Shown piece by piece: positions 57,412-64,000 of a stretch of DNA of 64,000 nt; the stretch's first letter is position 1, and every line of letters begins with the position of its first letter. Under the pieces are notes generated by a model. It searched no databases and was not told the DNA's origin. It worked only from the letters and a program-made list of their open reading frames with translations. This DNA comes from a virus. Lineage: Duplodnaviria; Caudoviricetes. The position numbers were made by a program, and so were the translations under genes. Where the stretch lies: positions 113,420 through 177,419 of IMG/VR virus record IMGVR_UViG_3300020399_000132; one strand, 5' to 3'.

Positions 57412-57969
57412 CTATGTAGGAATTATCCAATAATCATAAGCCCAGGTAACGGAGTATTCCATTATGGCATCATTGGGTTCCCAATTAACATCAATTTGAT
57501 CTAAAGAACTCGGCCAACAATTTTTAAGTTCCCATTTTCCAATTGCAGCGCCCTCTTTTCCACGAGTAGTTATAAGCATACTTCGTGTATATCCCGTGGT
57601 ACCGAGTTTCTTTACAAATTTTGGATCCCTTACATTACCAAAATGAGAATTTAGTTTATGCATCCAACTTTCGATTTTGTTCCGGAGAGCATAACCTTCA
57701 TCATTTAAAACAGTAGTTGTTATATCATCAAATGATCTATTACCTGGTAATTTTACTGCGCGACCCATAAACATAGTGCTTACTATTCCTACGGTGCTGG
57801 GTGGAATTTGGATTCCCTTACATGCATAAGTAAAGTTTTCAGTTCCAGTCTTCGATGTGCTGTCATCTCCCAAAAGAGTAATTTGAGAGTCGAATAAGGA
57901 TGCTCTCGCACCGCCACCGGATAATTTAGATATAAAAGAATCTTGTCCATCGACCTGAAATCCAGCCAT
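57412..57969 (-). CDS. gp19: tail tube protein gp19, copy 1
   Basis: GGGARASLF, GRAVKLPGNRSF, WPSSLDQIDVNW, VTWAYDYW. Confidence 0.88.
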   Translation of the reverse strand: MAGFQVDGQDSFISKLSGGGARASLFDSQITLLGDDSTSKTGTENFTYACKGIQIPPSTVGIVSTMFMGRAVKLPGNRSFDDITTTVLNDEGYALRNKIESWMHKLNSHFGNVRDPKFVKKLGTTGYTRSMLITTRGKEGAAIGKWELKNCWPSSLDQIDVNWEPNDAIMEYSVTWAYDYWIIPT

Positions 57970-58007
57970 TTTAACTTCCTTCGTATATTAATTATTATTT
58001 ATATTGT

Positions 58008-58036
58008 TATTTATACGATATTTTTAATTATTTATA
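58008..58036 (-). promoter_or_regulatory. tandem T4-type late promoters (58008-58015, 58029-58036)
   Basis: two exact TATAAATA upstream of gp19. Confidence 0.7.
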
Positions 58037-60233
58037 CTGCGTTTACAACTTCTTCAAAATCTACACCACTTCTTACAGCAACAAAGTTCAACAATACGAA
58101 GTTAATGCTCTTAGTTGGTTTGACAAAAATACTACCAATAAATTCATTTCGATCAATAACCTCTTGAGTATTATTAGATTCGTCACAAACTACTGCAAAA
58201 TCTGTTATACCCCCTCGTCCCTGAATATCTCTGAGAAAAGGTTCAACTGAAGAAACAAAACTGGATCTGGTAAAATCATCATTGAATTCAAACATTGAAA
58301 ATCTAGCAAAATTTGCAATTGACTTTTCTAATGTAATAAAAAGCCTTCTGACGTTAATTCTATCAAATGCTGATGGTTTAGCTAATAAAGTTTTATCACC
58401 AAATAACAATGTTCCTTGTCCTGCGAAAGAAACAACCGGATTTACACCATTTTTATAAAGTAAATCTCTTTGTGTTTTATTTGGGTTCCATGCTAACCTA
58501 GCAACATTTTTAACTGCACCTCTATTAAATCCCGCTGGTGAGAAGAAAAAATCTCTTTCAACAGTAGTTCGTACAACTAATCCTGCAGTGTCCGGATTCA
58601 ATGGAATATATCTGAAGGTATCGTTATACTTGTCGTATTGGTATTTCCAACCACAATCTATAACTGAATAAGATGAACTCGGCAATAAATTTCTAAAATC
58701 ATTAACCGCATCTACTTCATTTCCTTCATTATTAACAACATCTGATTGTTCCGGTGAAACGAAGACCATACAATCTTTACGCGTTTCTGCAATATTACTA
58801 ATAAGATATGAATTAATAACTGAAGAAACAGCTCCAGATATAATCAAAGACACATCAACATCTTCTGCTGATTTAAATTTATCATATCCCAAAATAATAT
58901 TAGCGTCAGTTAATTCTTGTCCATCTGCACCACCCGTCATACTAGTCGAAAAATTAGTTCTGGATTGTGTATAAGATGGTTTAGAAGCAACATTAGCAGA
59001 TGTGCCCCATGCAGCTGTATTGGGAGCTGTATCAGCACCTGTTCCGTTAGGATGTTTCATCCACCAAATATATTTGGATCGTCTATTAATCGCCTCTTTA
59101 TAATAAAGCGCTTGACCATCTTCGGATTTAGCATCGCTGGCTACTGACAAAGCTGGAAATATTTCAAGAACAGTTCCTTTGACGCCTGTCCACTCTCCGT
59201 CTTCGTCTGTTATTATTACATGAACTTCATCATTATACACCCCTCTGCGAGTTGCAAAATCGGAGGTAGTTGGTGCATAATCAAAATTACCTGCAAATTC
59301 CCATTCCCTCTGAAAATTTACCGAGGTCGTAATCGAGGCTGAACTTGGAGAAATTGCATCGACTAATGTAGCCGATGTATTACTGGTAACAGAAGCTACT
59401 TCGAGAGTTTCTCCAGCAATAGTTACGTTATCTCCAGCCGTTAATTGTATATCAAAATATGTTCCAGTCCCTGTCATTACTTTTCTTGCAGAGTCAGCAA
59501 TTTGAACAGTTCCCATTATTGCTCCGAATGCATCTTGACCTACGGCTTTATAATGAGATGATACAGTTCTTACAAGGCTTGCTCCAACAGATACATCGGT
59601 ATTTTGTGAAGATTGAACTGTCATTCCTGTGTCGGTACCAATTGCTGTTACAAGATAAAAGACAGTACCTATATGAACAACATCACTTACCTGTATTTCT
59701 GATGTGAATGCTGTTGATGTTCCTGTGACTGTTCCTTCTGTTCCAGCAAAAGCTATTGTTACAGTTCCTGTAAGTCCTTCAGCTGCTGTATCGGCACCAC
59801 ATAAAGATACCTTCATTGAATTGCCTAATTCTCCGGCAAATTTAGATGCAAATTCTCCGAAATCATTTGAAGGACCAGATCCTCCATATTCTGAGTAATA
59901 TGTATTATAATAAGATTCATCGCTTTTAATTAAAACTGCGTTTGCTGAATCTGTAGTTGCGTTAAATGCTGATGAATTTGCTACTCGAACAACATTCAAA
60001 TTTTGTCCGTAGGCTAAAAAATTCGCCGCTGAAAAAAAACTTAGATATGTTGAAGAGTCAGGCTTCTGGAAGTTTTCCACCAGTAGATCTTCACTGCTTA
60101 CATTAACAATTTTATCTATAGGTCCCCAGCGAAAAGCCCCAGCAAAAGCACCTGCAGTTGTTCCGGTCTCAGGTACAATGGTAGTTAAATCTATTTCGCG
60201 AGTAACTACTCCTGGACTTACTGTAAATGCCAT
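58032..60233 (-). CDS. gp18: tail sheath protein gp18
   Basis: SPGVVTREIDLT, FRWGP, FSPAGFNRG, GDKTL...FDRINVRRLF. Confidence 0.97.
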   Translation of the reverse strand: MAFTVSPGVVTREIDLTTIVPETGTTAGAFAGAFRWGPIDKIVNVSSEDLLVENFQKPDSSTYLSFFSAANFLAYGQNLNVVRVANSSAFNATTDSANAVLIKSDESYYNTYYSEYGGSGPSNDFGEFASKFAGELGNSMKVSLCGADTAAEGLTGTVTIAFAGTEGTVTGTSTAFTSEIQVSDVVHIGTVFYLVTAIGTDTGMTVQSSQNTDVSVGASLVRTVSSHYKAVGQDAFGAIMGTVQIADSARKVMTGTGTYFDIQLTAGDNVTIAGETLEVASVTSNTSATLVDAISPSSASITTSVNFQREWEFAGNFDYAPTTSDFATRRGVYNDEVHVIITDEDGEWTGVKGTVLEIFPALSVASDAKSEDGQALYYKEAINRRSKYIWWMKHPNGTGADTAPNTAAWGTSANVASKPSYTQSRTNFSTSMTGGADGQELTDANIILGYDKFKSAEDVDVSLIISGAVSSVINSYLISNIAETRKDCMVFVSPEQSDVVNNEGNEVDAVNDFRNLLPSSSYSVIDCGWKYQYDKYNDTFRYIPLNPDTAGLVVRTTVERDFFFSPAGFNRGAVKNVARLAWNPNKTQRDLLYKNGVNPVVSFAGQGTLLFGDKTLLAKPSAFDRINVRRLFITLEKSIANFARFSMFEFNDDFTRSSFVSSVEPFLRDIQGRGGITDFAVVCDESNNTQEVIDRNEFIGSIFVKPTKSINFVLLNFVAVRSGVDFEEVVNAV

Positions 60234-60294
60234 CTTCTTCTCCTGTAAATCGCTGAAAAATTTATTAAGTTCATGTACTATTAGTTACTATGAT

Positions 60295-60302
60295 TATTTA
60301 TA
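60295..60302 (-). promoter_or_regulatory. T4-type late promoter TATAAATA
   Basis: exact motif upstream of gp18. Confidence 0.8.
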
Positions 60303-60314
60303 GAAATCAACTCT

Positions 60315-61967
60315 TCATACACCAAATACATTATGACCAGTTTCTTCTAATGCTCGATCTATTCTTTCTACTGACCATCTTGTTCCCTGATCATCAACAA
60401 TCACTTCCGGTTCAAGGCCATCTTCAATAAAACCGAAGGGTAAGTATGATTCATCTATTTCTTTCATTTTTTCATGATACATTTTTTCTCTTAAATCAAA
60501 ATCTGTTAATTCTTTAAAATATGGCTGATTTGTTAGCCATGCGAAGATCACAAGAGTAATAACTAAATCATCATGATGACCTTCTTCTGCTTCATATGAT
60601 TCTTTTTTAGCTGAGAAAGATGTGAGTTCATATATTATATCATAATCTGTAATTATAAGTTTGTCTTCTTCTATTAAATTTTTTAATGTTGCACATCCTA
60701 GTCGTTTAACTTGTTTTGTAGTTCTTACTCCCCATTGTGCATTTTTTCCAAATCCCCCACCTAATTGCTGCCCGCCGCGACCTTTCCAATTCATCATTAA
60801 CATATTTTCATATTCCATATCCTGATGAAGAATTATCGCGACTTGTTCCCCTATATCATTAACCTCTACTAATACAAATGAGTTATTGTAATGTTTTGCA
60901 GCTTTATGAATAAAATTTGGATATAGCATGGGAGATATTTCATTATCTCTATATTTTGCAACAACCTTATAAGGAAGAGACGTACTGTCTATAACTGTAA
61001 AAGCTGAGTAATCTAATTGTAATCCTTTTGCTGTATCGCATACTATTGTATAAGTATGTTTTTCAATTGGTTGTTCAAATATGTCTAAATTTTCATAGGT
61101 ATGGACTGGTGTTTTAAATGGCATAGATCTTAATTTTGAACCAGATATTAATGTTCTTGTGCTCCCAATAAATTCAGTTTCAAATTCTTGAGAAAATTGT
61201 CTCTCGCTTGTATTGCGAATGGTCTCTTGTTTCCATGCAATATCTCTGCCAGGAATTTCAGACCAATGAACTTCAATGGGTATATAGTTACTTCTTTTTT
61301 CTTCTGAATCCACCCACATTTTATAAAATTGATTTAAACCGAGTGGTGTAGATACTATAAAAACTTTCGTAGTCTGTCCGGAAGAAATAGTAGGATAAAC
61401 CGAAGTGAAAAATTCTTCTGCTAATTCTTTCGGAACGTGTGCGAACTCATCTAGGAAAATAATATTAAAAGATGATCCCCTTACCGCCGAAGATGAAGTA
61501 GCTGCAGCTAATACTTTTGAACCATTCTCTAATTCAATGTTACCTTTATTCCATGCTAATATACCTTGCTGTAACCATATGGGCAAATTTTCATACGATA
61601 ATTTTAATCTATCCAATAATTCTCTAGCTAGGGATCCTTTATTAGCTAGTATACCTACTTGAACATTTTCGTTAAAAAGTATATAATGTAAAAAGAAGGC
61701 TATGATAGTTGTTGATTTTCCTGATTGGCGGGGCATCTTACATATCACAAAACGATTATCATGAAATGTACGAATCATATTTTTTTGAAAAGGATATAGA
61801 TTAAAATCTACTAGTCCATGATCAACATGAATGATTTTTACATATTTTGTGATAAAATAAACTGGATCGCTGTGACATTTAATATATTCAGATAATTGTT
61901 CCTCAGAAAATGAAACTGGAACATTAGATGATTTAAGTTTTGGATTACCTAGGTAAGAAGTGCCCAT
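60315..61967 (-). CDS. gp17: terminase large subunit gp17
   Basis: YLGNPKLK, PRQSGKST, IFLDEFAH, VSTPLG, HHDDLV. Confidence 0.97.
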   Translation of the reverse strand: MGTSYLGNPKLKSSNVPVSFSEEQLSEYIKCHSDPVYFITKYVKIIHVDHGLVDFNLYPFQKNMIRTFHDNRFVICKMPRQSGKSTTIIAFFLHYILFNENVQVGILANKGSLARELLDRLKLSYENLPIWLQQGILAWNKGNIELENGSKVLAAATSSSAVRGSSFNIIFLDEFAHVPKELAEEFFTSVYPTISSGQTTKVFIVSTPLGLNQFYKMWVDSEEKRSNYIPIEVHWSEIPGRDIAWKQETIRNTSERQFSQEFETEFIGSTRTLISGSKLRSMPFKTPVHTYENLDIFEQPIEKHTYTIVCDTAKGLQLDYSAFTVIDSTSLPYKVVAKYRDNEISPMLYPNFIHKAAKHYNNSFVLVEVNDIGEQVAIILHQDMEYENMLMMNWKGRGGQQLGGGFGKNAQWGVRTTKQVKRLGCATLKNLIEEDKLIITDYDIIYELTSFSAKKESYEAEEGHHDDLVITLVIFAWLTNQPYFKELTDFDLREKMYHEKMKEIDESYLPFGFIEDGLEPEVIVDDQGTRWSVERIDRALEETGHNVFGV

Positions 61968-61971
61968 ATCA

Positions 61972-62217
61972 CTAACTCTTTATTATATTTTTCCAATCAA
62001 CGGAATCATATGGAGTATTGGAATGTGGGTCTGTAGTTTTTTTGAAATGTTTTGGATCAATGGAATTAATATAATCTTCATGATTTATTTTGCAATGTTC
62101 ATCGCGAATAAATTTTACTTTTGTTTTACGAACTTCTTTTCTAACTGTTATTCCGTTTGATTCTCTTATTGCACGCCGGACTTTTCTAAAATTCCATACC
62201 CTTATATTATGGGACAT
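61972..62217 (-). CDS. hypothetical basic protein
   Basis: 81-aa ORF. Confidence 0.55.
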   Translation of the reverse strand: MSHNIRVWNFRKVRRAIRESNGITVRKEVRKTKVKFIRDEHCKINHEDYINSIDPKHFKKTTDPHSNTPYDSVDWKNIIKS

Positions 62218-62227
62218 TAATTTCCTT

Positions 62228-62728
62228 TTACCGACCGGATTTCTTATGTACGGTCATATTTTTTCGCGCTTGTTTAATTCGTGCAGGTTCATCTCTTATA
62301 ATCTGCCGTCTCATTGGTTTCATTTTTCTATTAATAATTGCTGCTTTCATTCCCTTCCACATTTTTCTTTTTCTAATTCCAGCTGCCCCTTTTGCTTTCA
62401 TTATATTATGAGGAATGACTTGTCTTTGAGTTCTGGTCCGAGTGGAAGTTTGTATTTTAGTTGCAGTTTTTCTTCTTAATTGAGATCTTTTCTTTTTTAT
62501 TTTGAAGGATGTTCTTTTGTTTCTTATTTTTGCTTGCCGACCCATCTTTCTCATTCGTTGGGTATACTTAGCAGAACTTTCTTTTTCAAGTAAAAAATCT
62601 TCCCCAAGTCCTAAATCTTCTTGTTCAATCCATTCGTAGAAATCAGCCAGCATATTAGCTTCTTCTACTTCCTCAATGAATTCTAATATTTCTTCATCTA
62701 TTGTAGAAAATTCTTCGAATGTTAACAT
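62228..62728 (-). CDS. putative internal head protein (acidic N-terminus, very basic C-terminus)
   Basis: MLTFEEF capsid-targeting-like start, LLE junction followed by Arg/Lys-rich region. Confidence 0.55.
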   Translation of the reverse strand: MLTFEEFSTIDEEILEFIEEVEEANMLADFYEWIEQEDLGLGEDFLLEKESSAKYTQRMRKMGRQAKIRNKRTSFKIKKKRSQLRRKTATKIQTSTRTRTQRQVIPHNIMKAKGAAGIRKRKMWKGMKAAIINRKMKPMRRQIIRDEPARIKQARKNMTVHKKSGR

Positions 62729-62741
62729 AGGGTCCTATCTT

Positions 62742-63029
62742 TTATAAAAAGTGGCCAGCTATTACACTGAGTAATGCTATTATAATTGCGACCGCACTTG
62801 TAATAATAATTCTATTTTGTTTTAAATGTTGTTCAATAAATAAGGCTCTCATATCATCTATGCTTGTTTTAACCTTATCGATTCTTTCATGTATTATTAA
62901 TCTATCTTCTTTAAATGTTTCTTTTAATTCATCATACTTTTCTTCCAACCGCGCATACCTTTCCGCACATAGATCAACATGCGTCTCCAAGCTATCCTTT
63001 TCGGTTTCACTAACTTTTCGACCAGCCAT
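62742..63029 (-). CDS. coiled-coil protein with C-terminal TM helix
   Basis: LETHVDLCAERYARLE...IIITSAVAIIIALLSVI. Confidence 0.6.
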   Translation of the reverse strand: MAGRKVSETEKDSLETHVDLCAERYARLEEKYDELKETFKEDRLIIHERIDKVKTSIDDMRALFIEQHLKQNRIIITSAVAIIIALLSVIAGHFL

Positions 63030-63063
63030 CTCTCCCTAAATCTAAGTTTGCAAATGAATACAA

Positions 63064-63447
63064 TTATTCACTGTTTCCATTTAATGATTTTTCGAACTGT
63101 TCCATCTCTTTGTGTTCCGGATCATCTTTTTCTTTAAACCAGTAGTCCGTGGATTTCCCGAGCACCGCGACATACGCGCCCATCAAAATATTAAGTAAAT
63201 CGCGAGATTCGTCAGGCAGCGTGGCAAAAAACAACAACCATACTAAAATCAAAAATGTTGCAACAACAAACATTGTTATTATAAAACGAGACCAAAAATT
63301 TAATTTTTTGCGTCGTTCAGTTCCCTCATAAATCAAAGCCTTCATCGGATCACCTTCCCATAATTTTTCTTCACTATCATGAATCATTTCATTAGTTGTA
63401 TTTATCTTTCCGTCTCCCCGACGGTCTTTTTTACTAGGTATCGCCAT
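63064..63447 (-). CDS. two-TM membrane protein (holin-like candidate)
   Basis: FIITMFVVATFLILVWLLF and LLNILMGAYVAVLGKSTDYWF; late promoter upstream. Confidence 0.55.
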   Translation of the reverse strand: MAIPSKKDRRGDGKINTTNEMIHDSEEKLWEGDPMKALIYEGTERRKKLNFWSRFIITMFVVATFLILVWLLFFATLPDESRDLLNILMGAYVAVLGKSTDYWFKEKDDPEHKEMEQFEKSLNGNSE

Positions 63448-63468
63448 AATTATCTTTCCTTGTAATTA

Positions 63469-63476
63469 TATTTATA
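63469..63476 (-). promoter_or_regulatory. T4-type late promoter TATAAATA
   Basis: exact motif. Confidence 0.7.
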
Positions 63477-63485
63477 TATTCTTAT

Positions 63486-63806
63486 TTAACTGGGATCAGG
63501 CCCGGTTGCACTTTCACCTCTGACACATCCTAAAGAATTATACCTACTTTGTCTCCATGAATGAGTTTCTTCATTATATCTCATCCATATTTGATTACCA
63601 GTTGAATCACAATTTTGTACATATAGTTTTCCATTTATAGTAAACACTCCTGATTGCATAAAACCTTCAACCTTAGGTAGTGTCTCCATACTTCGTATCC
63701 ATAATGGAGAGTTAGGGGGAGCACAAGAAGTAAGTAAGAAAATAGTAGCTACTGTCAATATTATTTGTATTAAATTAAGGATAATTAAATTTAAAATTGT
63801 TTTCAT
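63486..63806 (-). CDS. lipoprotein
   Basis: hydrophobic leader and lipobox LTSC. Confidence 0.65.
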   Translation of the reverse strand: MKTILNLIILNLIQIILTVATIFLLTSCAPPNSPLWIRSMETLPKVEGFMQSGVFTINGKLYVQNCDSTGNQIWMRYNEETHSWRQSRYNSLGCVRGESATGPDPS

Positions 63807-64000
63807 ATTATCTTTTTAGTAACTTTTTCTTCTTCTATTAACTTAGCCTCGAATTCTCTTAAACGCCTAAAAACACTTATTAATTCAATAATGGTAGGCC
63901 ACGCTTTTAATAGATATTGCATCGATCCTTCTACTCTACCAAATGCTCTTATTATTTGTTGCATTACACCTAGAGTCATTACTCCTGCAACTATTGCTGG
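63803..64000 (-). CDS. sbmA: SbmA/BacA peptide transporter, C-terminal fragment (begins beyond window)
   Basis: PAIVAGVMTLGVMQQIIRAFGRVEGSMQYLLKAWPTIIELISVFRRLREFEAKL matches the SbmA/BacA C-terminus as I recall it; stop at 63805-63803; not in ORF track. Confidence 0.85.
   Translation of the reverse strand, partial: PAIVAGVMTLGVMQQIIRAFGRVEGSMQYLLKAWPTIIELISVFRRLREFEAKLIEEEKVTKKII

Noticed and set aside
2096-63331. Plus-strand ORFs and nested alternative-frame ORFs in the track
   Set aside because: All are short shadows of well-supported minus-strand genes, without recognisable motifs
1-64000. Genome-wide stop-codon reassignment (TGA or TAG)
   Set aside because: Core genes are intact under code 11, and TGA/TAG end many genes at natural ends with overlapping starts
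1-64000. tRNA (including tRNA-Sec), rRNA, CRISPR array, introns or inteins
   Set aside because: None recognised by eye; intergenic gaps are short or filled by small ORFs, and gp17, gp20, gp23 and UvsW have normal lengths. tRNAscan-SE and Infernal would be needed to exclude formally

Overview
64-kb segment of an AT-rich T4-like myovirus, most similar in organisation to marine T4-like phages. Essentially every credible gene is on the minus strand. In transcription order (right to left): a partial sbmA/bacA peptide transporter; small membrane proteins and a lipoprotein; the core morphogenesis block (gp17, gp18, two gp19 paralogues, gp20, gp67-like, gp21, gp22, gp23, gp3); uvsY, uvsW, gp55, gp47, gp46; def, queD, queE; an ~11-kb fibre/structural region built from repeated modules; a host-function island (asnB-like, glycosyltransferases, bS21, iscU, two iscA, htrA); an ~14-kb sugar-tailoring-like cluster (four GT-like and four SGNH-like paralogues, DegT/StrS aminotransferase, StrG-like oxygenase, amidinotransferase, B12 radical SAM, 2OG-Fe oxygenases); SET-domain protein, speD; and a set of putative capsid-internal proteins. 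Top finding: one putative internal head protein gene (3226..3702) has an in-frame TGA at 3430-3432, followed immediately by a bacterial SECIS-like hairpin and 67 more sense codons. This makes it a candidate phage-encoded selenoprotein (motif H-N-U-A-T-H-V-R-H...H-K-H) that the ORF track truncated. All calls come from motif recognition by eye; no searches were run.
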